Source of the DNA: Candidatus Moraniibacteriota bacterium
GTDB lineage: Bacteria; Patescibacteriota; Minisyncoccia; Moranbacterales; UBA9337
Assembly (NCBI GenBank): GCA_029865125.1
Contig: JAOUHN010000001.1
Span: 1,360-65,359, forward strand
Length of the DNA stretch: 64,000 nucleotides
Direction: 5' to 3'
Below the pieces are notes generated by a model that searched no databases, had not been told where the DNA came from, and saw only the letters and a list, made by a program, of their open reading frames with translations. Of this stretch, positions 42,860-54,470 are shown one piece after another. A program made the translations under genes and the position numbers. Position 1 is the first letter of the stretch, and the number at the start of each line of letters is the position of its first letter.

Positions 42860-42863
42860 CCTA

Positions 42864-43916
42864 TTATTGTCCCACTCTAAATTCAATAACGTCTCCATCT
42901 GCAACAACATAGTCCTTTCCGACTGACTTCAATTTTCCAACCTCTTTTGCTTTTGATCGAGAACCGGCTTTCATTAAATCATCAAAAGAGACCACTTCTG
43001 CACAAATAAACTTATCTTTAAAATCATTGTGAATTGCAGTCCCGGCTTCTGGAGCGGTCCATCCTTTTTTGATTGTCCATGCTCTTGTTTCCATTTTTCC
43101 TGTAGTAAGAAAAGTGATGAGTCCCAAAAGCTCATAAGACTTAACGATCAAATTATCCATATTTGAACTCAATCCCAACTCTTCCTTCTCTTCGTGAGTC
43201 ATCTCATCCAATTCTTCTTCCAGTTTAATATCCAGCTTCACATGCGGTCTGTTTTCTAGCTCATCTCCGAGCTTTATATCAATATCAGAAACATTATAAA
43301 CATACAAAAACGGCTTTATTGTGAGAAGCGCCAATTCTCTCACTGCAATTTTTGTAAATTCATCTTTCATGTTTAATTCGGCTTTATTTGCCAACTTTCC
43401 AGTTTCAAGCACAGCCTTTATTCCCTTGGTCACTTCCAATTTTGCATTCGCTTCTTTGTCCCCAGTCTTTGCTTCTCTTTCAAGCCTTTCAATTCTCTTG
43501 TTGACTGTTTCAAGATCAGCCAAAATGAGCTCTGTGTTGATCACATCAATGTCATCCACCGGATCAATTTTGTTGTGAACATGTATGATATTTGGATTTT
43601 CAAAAACACGCACAACTTCAACAATTGCGTCAACTTCGCGGATGTTAGCCAAAAACTTATTTCCAAGACCTTCTCCTTCAGAGGCCCCTTTCACAAGTCC
43701 TGCAATGTCCACAAATTCAACAATAGCCGGCACAAGCTTTTCACTCCCAGACATCGCTGAAAGCTTAGCCAATCTTTCATCTGGAACCTCAACAACGCCT
43801 ACATTTGGTTCAATGGTGCAAAAAGGATAATTATTAATATCAACAGCTTTTTTGGTCAAAACCTTAAACAGCGTAGACTTTCCAACATTTGGAAGTCCAA
43901 CAATTCCAATTTTCAT
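42864..43916 (-). CDS. ychF: Redox-regulated ATPase YchF
   Basis: [45 protein letters not shown]-domain C-terminus. Confidence 0.98.
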   Translation of the reverse strand: MKIGIVGLPNVGKSTLFKVLTKKAVDINNYPFCTIEPNVGVVEVPDERLAKLSAMSGSEKLVPAIVEFVDIAGLVKGASEGEGLGNKFLANIREVDAIVEVVRVFENPNIIHVHNKIDPVDDIDVINTELILADLETVNKRIERLEREAKTGDKEANAKLEVTKGIKAVLETGKLANKAELNMKDEFTKIAVRELALLTIKPFLYVYNVSDIDIKLGDELENRPHVKLDIKLEEELDEMTHEEKEELGLSSNMDNLIVKSYELLGLITFLTTGKMETRAWTIKKGWTAPEAGTAIHNDFKDKFICAEVVSFDDLMKAGSRSKAKEVGKLKSVGKDYVVADGDVIEFRVGQ

Positions 43917-44002
43917 ATATATCAAATTTAAAATTTAAAATTCTCAATTTAAAATCAATTTTCAAATTCTCTAATTTTCAATTGATCATTATTGAGGATC
44001 TC

Positions 44003-44662
44003 CTATATTAAATGCATTATAACCTCTTCAAAATCATTTGCTACTGCGTCAGCGTGCCGAACTACTTTGTCTCGTCGCACATTCTCAGTGAAAGCAATGA
44101 ATTTTTCAACACTTGCGCATTCTTTTGTTTGACAATCAGTCCATCCATCACCTACCATAACAGCTTTCTGATCCAATTCTAATTCATTAATTTGTTTGAT
44201 CTTGCCACCTTCTTGAGACATAAAATTGTCTTTGTTAACGCCACACACACAGTCATTCTCATCAAAAACAAACTCGTTAGCCAAAATATTTTCTCTCGCA
44301 ATTCCCAGTTTTTCTGCAGTTGGGACAATCAAATCAACAAATCCTCCTGAGATAATGTAAATCTTACCCGCATTCTCTCTAAAAAAATCCGCGTTTCGGA
44401 TCACAGAATCAGAAATATTGTCCAAGATATGCTGCGCAGCCTCAGAAATAATGCGCTTGTCAGCACTGACAAGCTGAATCCTTCTTTCCAGTGACTCCGA
44501 AAAAGAAATTGCCCCTTCCATTCCGAGATTCGTAAGCTCAATAATCTCCTTCACCTTCCTGTCTTTCTCAGCGTCTCCCTCCAAAGCCTTCTTTGCAAGC
44601 TCATCTAAGCCCTCCACTTTGGAAATAGTGCTATCAAAATCTAAAATCAAATACTTCTCCAT
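44003..44662 (-). CDS. HAD-IB phosphatase (phosphoserine phosphatase-like)
   Basis: DFDST motif I, ISGGF, GK, VGDGWTD. Confidence 0.9.
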   Translation of the reverse strand: MEKYLILDFDSTISKVEGLDELAKKALEGDAEKDRKVKEIIELTNLGMEGAISFSESLERRIQLVSADKRIISEAAQHILDNISDSVIRNADFFRENAGKIYIISGGFVDLIVPTAEKLGIARENILANEFVFDENDCVCGVNKDNFMSQEGGKIKQINELELDQKAVMVGDGWTDCQTKECASVEKFIAFTENVRRDKVVRHADAVANDFEEVIMHLI

Positions 44663-44922
44663 ATACTTTCTTTTTCTTCCCCTCTTTCACTCAAGGGAAA
44701 TCCGCCAACTGACGGAGAGGAGGGGTTTTATTTTACATTCCTATCTCAAATCACAAATCTCATCTCTCAAATCTTATTGTTACTTGTAAAAAAGGAAATG
44801 TCAATGTAAGATACTAATTGCAAGTAAAAAGTAATATTTGATTTTCTATTTTTAATTGAAAAAATTTAGACATCGAAAATTGACTCTTAAATTTTAAATT
44901 GAAAATTGAAAATTTTACGCTT

Positions 44923-45177
44923 ATGTTAGACAAAATGAAACAACTGTATCAAATGAAAAAAATGCTTGAAGGTATCGCTTCAACAGAAGACTACAAAGGA
45001 GTGAAGGTAACCGTCAATGGTTCCATGAAAGTTTTGAGCGTTGAAATCAGTGACCAAGCCCGAGAAAGTCAGGATTTGGAAAAAAACATCGTCAAATCAA
45101 TCAACAACGCGATGAAGAACGTTCAGAAGAAGATGCAAAAGGAAATGAAAGCCGGAAATCTAGAAATGCCGTTTTAA
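44923..45177 (+). CDS. YbaB/EbfC nucleoid-associated protein
   Basis: GVKVTVNGSMKV.SVEI...LE..I..SIN.A.K pattern. Confidence 0.85.
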   Translation: MLDKMKQLYQMKKMLEGIASTEDYKGVKVTVNGSMKVLSVEISDQARESQDLEKNIVKSINNAMKNVQKKMQKEMKAGNLEMPF

Positions 45178-45292
45178 GACTAGCAATCAGTAATTCATAA
45201 CTGGTAACTAGAAATTGAAATAAAAAAAATAGAGCGTTTGCTGCAGTAGTACAGCAAACGCTCTTTAATATATCCTTCAACCTCCCGTTGCT

Positions 45293-45320
45293 TGTCATCC
45301 TGAACTTGGTTCAGGATCCC
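45293..45320. repeat. REP-like palindrome TGTCATCCTGAACTTGGTTCAGGATCC
   Basis: Dispersed copy followed by a shared ..CTAGCAC..ACTC tail. Confidence 0.85.
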
Positions 45321-45489
45321 GTAATACTAGCACGCACTCAGTTTTACTTCTAAATTCTCACCTTCTAATTCCCATTCCCAAATTCGCATATTCATGAATT
45401 CTCAGCTTCCTCGCGCGTACTAATTTGGCAATAATGCACAAAAAGTATAGAATACATATGCTTAAGAAATAAACATTTATCAAAAAACT

Positions 45490-46842
45490 ATGCTAGACAC
45501 AATTTTCAAAGCCTACGACGTTCGAGGAATCTATCCGGAACAAATCAATGAAGACATCGCCTATAAGATTGGACGTGCTTTTGTTCGCTTTTTGGGGGCC
45601 AAAAAGGTGGTGATTGGATGCGACATCCGAGAATCCAGCCCAGCCCTTTTTGAAAAATTGCAACAAGGAATCGTTGACGAAGGTGCGGATGTATATGACC
45701 TAGACCTTGTGACCACTCCAATGCTGTACTACGCATCTGGAAAACTAGACGTGGACGGAGGAATCATTCTCACCGCTTCTCACAACCCAGGGGAATACAA
45801 TGGAATGAAGTTTTGCAGAGCTGAGGCTGTTCCAATCGGAGAAAACAGTGGGCTTTTGGACATCAAAGAAATTGTTGCCAACGGAAAATTTCCGGAACCT
45901 ACTGAAAGAGGAACGATCATCAAAAAAGATATCAAAGATGAATTCATTGACTATCTTGCCTCTTTCATGAACATTGGGGACAAAAAATTCAAGGTTGTGG
46001 CTGATTTTGCCAACGCCATGAGTATTCTCGAAATCGGACTATACAAAAAATTTGAAAAAAACATTGAACTTATCACTCTTTTTGACGAATTTGACAGCAC
46101 TTTCCCAAATCATGAGGCCAACCCGCTCAAAACAGAAACATTAAAAGACCTTCAAGCAGTAGTGTCTTCTCAAAAAGCTGACATCGGAATCGCCTATGAC
46201 GGAGACGGAGACAGAGCTGGGTTTGTGGATGAAAAAGGAGAAGTTATTTCTATGGATCTCACAACAGCTCTAATCGCAAAGGTGATTCTTGAAAAACACC
46301 CTGGAGCAAAAATCCTATATGATCTTCGCTCCTCAATGTCTGTGAAGGAAGTAATTGAAGAAAACGGAGGAGTTGCTGGAGAATGTCGTGTTGGTCACGC
46401 TCTTATCAAAAAACAAATGCTCGAAGAAAATGCAATTTTTGCTGGAGAATTGTCAGGACACTACTATTTCCAAGAAAACTTCCGCGCAGAAGCAGGGTCA
46501 TTGCCAATGGTGTATCTTTTGAATCTCATGGCTGAAACAGGAAAATCTATTTCTGAATTAGTTGCCGACGTGAAAAGATACTATCACAGCGGAGAAATTA
46601 ACAGCGAGGTCAAAGACAAGGACGCGATTATTGCCACTTTAAAGGAAAAATATGCCGCTGGAGAAATCACAGAGCTCGATGGAGTGAAAATCAGTTTCTG
46701 GAGCAACAAACAAGGAGAACGCTGGTGGCTCAATGTTCGCCCTTCCAACACAGAACCCGTTCTCAGACTCAATCTTGAAGCTGACAACCAGGAACTAATG
46801 GAACAAAAAAGAGACGAGATCTTGGCAATCATCAGAGGATAA
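45490..46842 (+). CDS. Phosphomannomutase/phosphoglucomutase
   Basis: IFKAYDVRG, TASHNP, DGDGDR, AGELSGH, RPSNTEP. Confidence 0.97.
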   Translation: MLDTIFKAYDVRGIYPEQINEDIAYKIGRAFVRFLGAKKVVIGCDIRESSPALFEKLQQGIVDEGADVYDLDLVTTPMLYYASGKLDVDGGIILTASHNPGEYNGMKFCRAEAVPIGENSGLLDIKEIVANGKFPEPTERGTIIKKDIKDEFIDYLASFMNIGDKKFKVVADFANAMSILEIGLYKKFEKNIELITLFDEFDSTFPNHEANPLKTETLKDLQAVVSSQKADIGIAYDGDGDRAGFVDEKGEVISMDLTTALIAKVILEKHPGAKILYDLRSSMSVKEVIEENGGVAGECRVGHALIKKQMLEENAIFAGELSGHYYFQENFRAEAGSLPMVYLLNLMAETGKSISELVADVKRYYHSGEINSEVKDKDAIIATLKEKYAAGEITELDGVKISFWSNKQGERWWLNVRPSNTEPVLRLNLEADNQELMEQKRDEILAIIRG

Positions 46843-46969
46843 CAAAAAAATATTTAACAAAGCCTGCAATTGCAGGCTTTTTAATTTGACAAAAATCTAA
46901 TCTCATACAACAATTAAGTACCAGAAAAACAGCTCTTTATTCGCTAATCTCAACGAAAGCGAGGGTATC

Positions 46970-47215
46970 ATGTTTAAAATTCATCTTTGTCATGTACCTA
47001 CTGGAATTGGCATTATTGCAAAGCAAAAAAATATCAATGAAAATACTGTTCCCTCCGTTATCCTTGGATTTATCGATCATTTCAGGCAAAGCTTTCCTGG
47101 CGCAACAATACGTCCAGAGGAAGTAGTTGTCATGGTTCCGCAGCAGAAACCCCCGCCATTGCCAGCGCTCAACACTAAGCCTTTGCCACACAGTTGGATG
47201 ACTTTGTCACACTAA
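46970..47215 (+). CDS. Small hypothetical protein (81 aa)
   Basis: GAGGG SD, upstream TTGACA at 46886, downstream terminator-like cagcgatt...aatcgctg plus T tract. Confidence 0.5.
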   Translation: MFKIHLCHVPTGIGIIAKQKNINENTVPSVILGFIDHFRQSFPGATIRPEEVVVMVPQQKPPPLPALNTKPLPHSWMTLSH

Positions 47216-47307
47216 TCAAAGCTCCAACAACCAGCGATTCCCTTCATCTCACCTGAAGGCTGAATCGCTGTTTTTTTACCTACAAACTCACATCCACCAA
47301 AAAACAC

Positions 47308-47334
47308 TGTCATCCTGAATTTAGTTCAGGATCC
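47308..47334. repeat. REP-like palindrome TGTCATCCTGAATTTAGTTCAGGATCC
   Basis: Dispersed copy of the same family. Confidence 0.85.
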
Positions 47335-47488
47335 CCAAATACTAGCACCCAATTCTATTATCTTCCATTTCTCACCTCTCCTGTCTCAAATCTATCTTCT
47401 CATTCGTAATTCGTATATATAAAAAAAGCCCGGCCAGTAGTCCTCAACTACCAACCGGGTCTAAAATTTTTTGGAAAAATGCAAAAAC

Positions 47489-47947
47489 TCAGCCAAAAAC
47501 CTGATCAACGTTCACAAAGGATCCCGAAAATTTTGCACTGGCAATCAATTTGTCGTCCACATAAGCTTTTCCGGACAAAAAATACTTGCCCATTTTTACT
47601 TTTTCGATTTTCACCTCATACACAATGCGATCCCCGGGTTTCACCATTCCCTTAAAACGTGAGTCGCTCACCCCACTAAGAATTGGCAGCTTTTGACCCA
47701 CTTGACTGGGATTATGAAGGTAATAAAGCAACGCGCTTGTTTGCGCCATTCCTTCCACAGTCCACAACCCTGGAAAAATAGGATGTCCGGGAAAATGGCC
47801 CTGAACCAACGGTTCGTTTACGGACACATTTTTTTCTGCCCTGATGAACTCGTCATTAAACTCAATCACTTTCTCGACAAGCAAAATCGGGGGTTTATGC
47901 GGAAGAGTTGATAAAATCTCCTGAATTCCAATTGTTTTCTTTGACAT
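47489..47947 (-). CDS. fabZ: 3-hydroxyacyl-ACP dehydratase FabZ
   Basis: LPHKPPILLVE, KNVSVNEP..QGHFPGHPIFPG...EGMAQ, F.GMVKPGD; GAGGTG SD. Confidence 0.93.
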   Translation of the reverse strand: MSKKTIGIQEILSTLPHKPPILLVEKVIEFNDEFIRAEKNVSVNEPLVQGHFPGHPIFPGLWTVEGMAQTSALLYYLHNPSQVGQKLPILSGVSDSRFKGMVKPGDRIVYEVKIEKVKMGKYFLSGKAYVDDKLIASAKFSGSFVNVDQVFG

Positions 47948-47972
47948 TATATCACCTCGCAAAAAGATTAAT

Positions 47973-48074
47973 CTAAAAATCGAATAGTCCCACTTGCTCG
48001 CAAGCCATTGCGACACAAATTACCAAAAATACGATAGTGCCAATCATGCTGGCGTTTTTTAGTATCCAATTCAC
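47973..48074 (-). CDS. 33-aa single-TM peptide
   Basis: AAGGAGG SD and GTG start: MNWILKNASMIGTIVFLVICVAMACEQVGLFDF; fills the gap between neighbours. Confidence 0.55.
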   Translation of the reverse strand: MNWILKNASMIGTIVFLVICVAMACEQVGLFDF

Positions 48075-48093
48075 GATGATCCTCCTTTTATGG

Positions 48094-48252
48094 TTAAAGT
48101 TGTCCAAACCAGGCAACTATACTGTACAGGAATTCTTTTACGGCCTTGAAAAAACCCAGGCGATAAAACAAATCTGTTAATCCAGCCCAAAAAAGAGCTG
48201 TGAACACCAAAACGCCTATTCTTCCCAAACGTTTTTCTTTATTCGGCTCCAT
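48094..48252 (-). CDS. 52-aa small membrane protein
   Basis: GGGAGG SD before MEPNKEKRLGRIGVLVFTALFWAG. Confidence 0.6.
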   Translation of the reverse strand: MEPNKEKRLGRIGVLVFTALFWAGLTDLFYRLGFFKAVKEFLYSIVAWFGQL

Positions 48253-48631
48253 TTGCGCCTCCCTTGTCCGAATTGAAAAAAACATACCCACCCCAATACC
48301 GTCGGGGCTTTTGGTTGCTCTTCGATTGCTTGACTTCAACGATCAATTCGTTGACGTCGATGACCTTCCATCCATCCGCATTGCGTTCTCCAAATTCATA
48401 TTGAACATACCCCAGCATAGCCAGGATGCAACAAAAAGCGAGAATTTGCCATGTCCGTATCCCTTCGTCGGTGAACTCAAATAGTCTGTGTGTAACCGCG
48501 ACCAATAAAATCGCAATCGCAACTACGCCTATCCAGATCCAACCAGGGATCATGAAAAGCTTAAACAAGCCCATACCGCAATACAGGGCCACCAACAAAA
48601 GAATTCCTCCTCCAATCAGATACTTTTTCAT
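48239..48631 (-). CDS. Small membrane protein (3 TM)
   Basis: AAGGAG SD; hydrophobic N-terminal two-thirds. Confidence 0.7.
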   Translation of the reverse strand: MKKYLIGGGILLLVALYCGMGLFKLFMIPGWIWIGVVAIAILLVAVTHRLFEFTDEGIRTWQILAFCCILAMLGYVQYEFGERNADGWKVIDVNELIVEVKQSKSNQKPRRYWGGYVFFNSDKGGANGAE

Positions 48632-48658
48632 CGTCTGCTCCTTTCTTGAAAAAATTAA

Positions 48659-49645
48659 CTATTGTAGAAATCCCACCTTATTTTTCACCTCATCCATCTT
48701 GTTTTTCGCAATGGATGAAACTTTTTTTGCATTTTCCAAAAGAAGTTCAATGACTTCCTCATCTTTCAAAGAGCTATACTTTTCCTGAAATGGAATTATG
48801 AACTCTAAAACAGTTTCTGTCAATCCTTTTTTGAATTCTCCAAACCCTTTTCCTTCATATTCCGCGACAATTTCTTCTGGGCTTTTTCCTGAAAATGAAG
48901 AATATATGTTGATCAAGTTTTGAATCGCTGGCCTGTCGTCACTGTAGGTGATGTCTGACCCACTGTCAGTGACCGCTCTTTTGATTTTTTTCTCAACAAT
49001 TTCCGGCGAATCCAAGAGCGAGATGTAGTTCATTTCAGAAGTTGCAGATTTGCTCATTTTCTTGGCTGGATCATCAAGCCCCATCACTCGCATTGTTTCT
49101 TTCTTGAGATGACCCTTTGGAACCACAAAAGTGTCCCCAAACCGCTTGTTAAACCTTCTTGCAAGAGTTCTGGCAAGCTCAATGTGCTGCATTTGATCCT
49201 CTCCCACAGGCACCACCTCAGTGTCATACAACAAAATGTCTGCTGCCATGAGAACCGGATAATCAAAAAGTCCAACTCTTGCGCTCTCTAGCCCATCTTT
49301 CTGAGACTTATCCTTAAACTGGGTCATCTTCTCAAGCTCACTCATTCCCGTGATTGTGTTGAGAATCCATGCCAACTCAGCGTGCTCACTCACTTGCGAC
49401 TGGACATAGATTGTTGATTTTTTCGGGTCAATCCCCGCTGCCAAATACACCTTAGCCACTTCCAAAGTCTTTCTTCGAAGTTCTTCTGGATCTTGAGAAA
49501 CTGTGATTGCATGAAGGTCAACAATGCAAAAAATTGACTCGAACTCATCTTGAAGATCAACCCAATTCTTGATCGCACCCAAATAATTCCCAATATGCAC
49601 GTCTCCACTTGGCTGAACTCCTGAAAAAATCCTTTTTTTACTCAT
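48659..49645 (-). CDS. trpS: Tryptophan--tRNA ligase
   Basis: SGVQPSG.VHIGNY (HIGH), YPVLMAADIL, VPVGEDQ.QH, KMSKS. Confidence 0.99.
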   Translation of the reverse strand: MSKKRIFSGVQPSGDVHIGNYLGAIKNWVDLQDEFESIFCIVDLHAITVSQDPEELRRKTLEVAKVYLAAGIDPKKSTIYVQSQVSEHAELAWILNTITGMSELEKMTQFKDKSQKDGLESARVGLFDYPVLMAADILLYDTEVVPVGEDQMQHIELARTLARRFNKRFGDTFVVPKGHLKKETMRVMGLDDPAKKMSKSATSEMNYISLLDSPEIVEKKIKRAVTDSGSDITYSDDRPAIQNLINIYSSFSGKSPEEIVAEYEGKGFGEFKKGLTETVLEFIIPFQEKYSSLKDEEVIELLLENAKKVSSIAKNKMDEVKNKVGFLQ

Positions 49646-50083
49646 AAATATACGAATTACGAATCCGCTACAAATATACAAATGTACGAATTACTAATTT
49701 AAAATTATTTTTTTCAATCTCTTTCTTTTCACAAAGAGTTTTTAAATAAAAATTTTCACAAAAAATCCCGAGGGAGAGATGATTTTCCCAAAAAATGCGT
49801 GAGTCAGCACAAGTGTTATACGTATGTAAACGGAGTGGAGCATTTTTTGTTAGAAAATCGCGCCCGCCCCGTCTTTCGCGAATGACAGGGCCCGAGCATT
49901 TTTTTGAAAAATTTTATTTAAAAACCCTACCATCATCCTACCTCAAACCACCCATCAAATCAACAGCGACAGCAGTCAAACCCTATCGACAAGCACTTTT
50001 GAATATGCTAATCTACATAAAGAAAGTATCGATTGCATATGAAAAAATAATTTACCAATCAAACATTAAAATTACAAAATAAG

Positions 50084-50743
50084 ATGAACATTCAATACTA
50101 CGGGCATTCTTGCTTCAAAATCACAACAAAACCAGAAGGACGCGGAGCTGAAGACATTTCTCTTTTCATTGATCCATTTGAAAAAGAAGTGGGACTAAAG
50201 CCACCACAAGGACAAGCTGACATTGTCCTCATCTCTCATGGACATTTTGATCACAACAATACCAGCTCATTGAAAGGAGAGCCTGTGATCATCAACACTC
50301 CTGGAGAATTTGCGGTCAAAGGATTGCACATTATTGGTCTCGATACATTTCATGACAAAAGCGAAGGAGCTGAAAGAGGGCGAAATACGGTTTTTATCAT
50401 TGAAACCGAGGATTTACGCATTTGTCACATGGGAGACATTGGAACAGAGCCGACTCCTGAGCAACTTGATGAAATCGGAGAAGTTGATGTTTTGATGATT
50501 CCTGTTGGAGGAACATTCACACTGGATGGGAAAGAAGCCATGAAACTTGTTCACAAAATTGAGCCCAAAACAGTGATCCCAATGCACTACAAAACAAAAG
50601 ACAGTAAAATATCCGACATTCAAGACGAAAAAGAATTCTGTGACGAAATGGGAAACTGTCCGAAAGAAAAAATAAACAAAATCACACTGAAAAAGAAAGA
50701 TTCGGAAGAAAAGGGTATGGAAATTGTTCTTATGACTGCCTAA
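50084..50743 (+). CDS. MBL-fold metallo-hydrolase
   Basis: GHSCF, ISHGHFDH, HMGD, IPVGG, IPMHY. Confidence 0.93.
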   Translation: MNIQYYGHSCFKITTKPEGRGAEDISLFIDPFEKEVGLKPPQGQADIVLISHGHFDHNNTSSLKGEPVIINTPGEFAVKGLHIIGLDTFHDKSEGAERGRNTVFIIETEDLRICHMGDIGTEPTPEQLDEIGEVDVLMIPVGGTFTLDGKEAMKLVHKIEPKTVIPMHYKTKDSKISDIQDEKEFCDEMGNCPKEKINKITLKKKDSEEKGMEIVLMTA

Positions 50744-50760
50744 AAACAATTTGAGAAAAA

Positions 50761-51045
50761 ATGGACATCAACAAAAAAATTGAAGAGATAAGACAAAAAC
50801 CAGAGCACGTTCGCATGCAATATGTTTTGTTTTGCGTAGGAGCGTCCATGCTCATTCTTTTTTCTTTCTGGTTATTTTCCTTAAAAAGCACTTTGTCCGG
50901 CGCATTCTCTGGGAATACTCAGAGTGAAGGCACATGCTCAGGTGGAGACAAAACGTGCTCCACTCCATCCAAATCACAAGATTCATCCGGTTCCTCAGAA
51001 AATATTCCCAAAAAATCCATAAATGACCTGATTATTCCAGAATAA
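50761..51045 (+). CDS. Small hypothetical membrane protein
   Basis: 94 aa, one TM, co-oriented between the MBL gene and gyrA. Confidence 0.7.
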   Translation: MDINKKIEEIRQKPEHVRMQYVLFCVGASMLILFSFWLFSLKSTLSGAFSGNTQSEGTCSGGDKTCSTPSKSQDSSGSSENIPKKSINDLIIPE

Positions 51046-51173
51046 AAAACAAAAATATATTCTTGAAAAATAATCGTGCACAGCAAGTGCACCGTTGTTT
51101 GTTTGTTTGTCTTTTTTTGCTATTCTCATAGCAAAAAAACATAAACAAATAAAAGTAAAGATTCAAAAAAAAT

Positions 51174-53603
51174 ATGAAAGATAACATCAAACCACAACCG
51201 ATCGTTCAAGAAGTGCAACAATCCTATCTTGATTATGCCATGAGTGTCATCGTATCTCGCGCCCTTCCGGACGTTAGAGATGGACTGAAGCCTGTTCACA
51301 GAAGAATTCTGTATTCCATGTGGAAAACAGGACTCAGGCCAAGTGCAAAATTCAGAAAATCTGCAACCGTAGTTGGAGAAGTGCTTGGAAAATATCACCC
51401 ACATGGTGATAGTGCAGTATACGACTCCATGGTTCGTATGGCTCAAAGCTTCTCACTTCGATACCCTTTGATTTGGGGACAAGGTAACTTTGGTTCAATG
51501 GATGGAGACAGCGCAGCTGCTTATCGTTACACAGAGGCAAAGCTCAACAAAATCGCAGAAGAAATGCTTTTCGATATCGAAAAAGAAACTGTAAATTTTG
51601 TTCCAAATTTCGATGGATCTCACAAAGAGCCTTCTGTTTTGCCTGCCAAGCTTCCTCAATTGCTCTTGAACGGAACTATGGGAATCGCTGTTGGAATGGC
51701 AACCAACATCCCTCCACACAACCTAAATGAATTAGTTGATGCCATAGGTCACTTAATTGAAAATCCAAAAGCCAGCATTGATGATCTCATGCAATTTATC
51801 AAAGGTCCTGATTTTCCAACAGGAGGAGTGATCTACAACACCAAAGAAATCAGAGAAGCCTACGCTACAGGAAAAGGAAAAATCACCGCAAGAGCAAAGG
51901 CCACAATTGAAGAAAAGAAGGCGGGTCAATTTCAAATTGTCATTAACGAAATTACCTATGCAACCAACAAGGCAACTCTTTTGATGAAAATAGCCCAACT
52001 AGTCAAAGACGGAAAAATTCAAGGAATCAAAGATCTCCGAGATGAATCTGACAAAGATGGAGTGAGAATTGTAGTGTATCTAAAAAAGGATGCTTATCCT
52101 CAAAAAATTCTCAATAAGCTATATAAAGCAACTGATCTTCAAAAGAATTTCAACATGAACATGTTGGCGTTAGTCAACGGAATTGAGCCTCAAATTCTCA
52201 ACCTCAAGGCAGTTTTGGAACATTTCATCACTCATCGGGTGGAAGTTGTAACCAGAAGAACTCAGTTTGATCTTCAGAAAGCAAAAGAAAGAGCTCATAT
52301 TCTCGAAGGATTGAAAAAAGCGCTTGATCACATTGATGCAGTCATTGAAACAATCAAGAAATCAAAAAACAGAGAGGTTGCTCACAAAAATTTGATGCAG
52401 AACTTCAAGCTGTCTGACATTCAAGCCACCGCTATCTTGGAAATGAAACTTCAGACACTTTCTGGACTTGAAAGAAAAAAGATTGAAGACGAACTGAAAG
52501 AAAAAATGAAGCTTATTGCAGAACTTGAAGCGATTCTTCAAAGTGAAACCAAAATTCGAAACATCATCAAAAAAGAACTTCTTGAATTGAAAGAAAAATA
52601 TGGTGATGCTCGAAAAACCAGAGTGATCAAATCTGGAATCACTGAATTCAAGCAAGAAGATCTTGTTCCAAATGAAGAGGCTATCATCACTCTTTCTCAA
52701 GATGGCTACATCAAAAGAATGCAACCATCCGTCTATAAGGTTCAAAAGAGAGGTGGAAAAGGTGTGATCGGTGCCAGCACTAAAGAGGGCGATATCATCA
52801 ACCAAGTAAACTCAATTATGTCTCACGATGAACTCATGTTCTTCACAGACAGCGGAAAAGTGTATCAAACCAAAGCCTATGAAATTCCAGAATCATCAAG
52901 AACCGCAAAAGGACAGTCTATCGCAAACTTCCTAGAACTATCCAACAAAGAAAGAATCACAGAAGTAATAGCCTACAACAAAAGCGATAACTACAAATAT
53001 CTATTCATGGCAACAGAAAAAGGGCTCATCAAAAAAGTAAAAATTGATGATTTCGCAAATGTTCGCCGAAGTGGCCTCATTGCCATCAACTTGAATAAAG
53101 ATGATAAACTTGGATGGGTAAAGCCAACCACAGGAACCGACAATATCATCATCACAACAGCCAATGGACAAGCGATACGATTCAAAGAAGCTGACACGAG
53201 AGCCATGGGAAGAAATGCAACTGGAGTTCGCGGAATAAAATTGAAAGGAGAGGACAAGGTTGTTGGAATGGACGCGGTGCTTTCCACTCAAAAAGGTAAC
53301 CAATTATTGATTATCACACAAAAAGGATATGGAAAAAGAGCTAACCTGTCATTATACAAGATTCAAAAACGAGGCGGATCTGGAATAAAAACCGCAAAAA
53401 TCACTCCAAAAACAGGAACTATCGCAGGAGCAACCATTGTCAACACTGAAGACCTGGACAGAGATGTGATCATAACATCCACCAGAGGTCAGATCATCCG
53501 AATTCCACTCAAGAGCTTCTCCACCCTAGGAAGAGCTACTCAAGGAGTCCGAATGATGAGACTAAAAGCAGATGACCACGTAGCAGCTTCAACAGTGCTA
53601 TAG
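51174..53603 (+). CDS. gyrA: DNA gyrase subunit A
   Basis: [30 protein letters not shown], GyrA-box QKRGGKG, C-terminal beta-pinwheel repeats. Confidence 0.99.
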   Translation: MKDNIKPQPIVQEVQQSYLDYAMSVIVSRALPDVRDGLKPVHRRILYSMWKTGLRPSAKFRKSATVVGEVLGKYHPHGDSAVYDSMVRMAQSFSLRYPLIWGQGNFGSMDGDSAAAYRYTEAKLNKIAEEMLFDIEKETVNFVPNFDGSHKEPSVLPAKLPQLLLNGTMGIAVGMATNIPPHNLNELVDAIGHLIENPKASIDDLMQFIKGPDFPTGGVIYNTKEIREAYATGKGKITARAKATIEEKKAGQFQIVINEITYATNKATLLMKIAQLVKDGKIQGIKDLRDESDKDGVRIVVYLKKDAYPQKILNKLYKATDLQKNFNMNMLALVNGIEPQILNLKAVLEHFITHRVEVVTRRTQFDLQKAKERAHILEGLKKALDHIDAVIETIKKSKNREVAHKNLMQNFKLSDIQATAILEMKLQTLSGLERKKIEDELKEKMKLIAELEAILQSETKIRNIIKKELLELKEKYGDARKTRVIKSGITEFKQEDLVPNEEAIITLSQDGYIKRMQPSVYKVQKRGGKGVIGASTKEGDIINQVNSIMSHDELMFFTDSGKVYQTKAYEIPESSRTAKGQSIANFLELSNKERITEVIAYNKSDNYKYLFMATEKGLIKKVKIDDFANVRRSGLIAINLNKDDKLGWVKPTTGTDNIIITTANGQAIRFKEADTRAMGRNATGVRGIKLKGEDKVVGMDAVLSTQKGNQLLIITQKGYGKRANLSLYKIQKRGGSGIKTAKITPKTGTIAGATIVNTEDLDRDVIITSTRGQIIRIPLKSFSTLGRATQGVRMMRLKADDHVAASTVL

Positions 53604-53978
53604 TCCTTGAGCTAACTTTCTGAGAACAATAAAAAGTTATTTACTAAGTGAATAGCTTTTTATTATATCCGAGTAATTCAAAGTGCAAAATGCAAAAATC
53701 AAAACCACATTTCAAAGATCAAAACTCTCCATTACCCTATGCATTCTCTAAAAAAATAACTTTTCATAATTAACAAATGAATTCACTGATTTGATATGAC
53801 TACCTGATTTAAAGGTTTTTAGTTGTACATTGTGATTTTGAGTTTTGATCTTTGAGCTTTGATTTGAATTATCCTCTTGCCAAAAAAGAAAATTAATGTT
53901 AACGTACAAGTGTAATTTAACTTATAAGGCATGCATTGGTTTTCGGGAATACGGAACGAATGTTTAGCTGAAAAACGT

Positions 53979-54248
53979 ATGGCGCTTACAAAAAAGCAAA
54001 AAGACACAGTAACAAAGGGAGTAAAGAGACACGAAACTGACAGTGGTTCTCCAGAATATCAAATTGCCCTTTTTACTGAGAAGATCAAAAAGCTAACTAC
54101 TCACCTAAAGAAGAACAAGAAAGATTTTCATTCAAGACGTGGTCTTTTGAAAATGGTTTCAAAGAGAAAGAAGCTTATGGGATATCTTCAAAAAACTGAT
54201 GAGAAATCATACAAGAAACTTATCAAAAAACTTGAACTAAAAGGATAA
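53979..54248 (+). CDS. rpsO: 30S ribosomal protein S15
   Basis: DSGSPEYQIA, HL..NKKDFHSRRGLLKMV. Confidence 0.98.
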   Translation: MALTKKQKDTVTKGVKRHETDSGSPEYQIALFTEKIKKLTTHLKKNKKDFHSRRGLLKMVSKRKKLMGYLQKTDEKSYKKLIKKLELKG

Positions 54249-54319
54249 AACTTCAAATATACTTTAAAGCGAATGATTTTCATTCGCTTTAATTGTCTAG
54301 AGACCAACCTGCCGCCATT

Positions 54320-54405
54320 TGTCATCCTGAGCTTGATTCAGGATCCCTAAGTCCTAGCACACACTCGGCACCATACTGAGATTCTGAAACAAATTCAGAA
54401 TGACA
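54320..54405. repeat. Complete REP doublet (TGTCATCCTGA..TCAGGATCC ... GATTCTGAA..TTCAGAATGACA)
   Basis: Two inverted palindromic units forming a full element. Confidence 0.85.
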
Positions 54406-54470
54406 CAAAGATGCACGGTTCACACAAAAAACAAATTTCACTAAATAAACTTAGTATTTAATAAAACAAT

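Noticed and set aside
49760-49960. T-box riboswitch upstream of trpS
   Set aside because: GGGTGG is present on the minus strand but lacks the following ACC(G)CG and a terminator; the region looks like palindromic repeat debris
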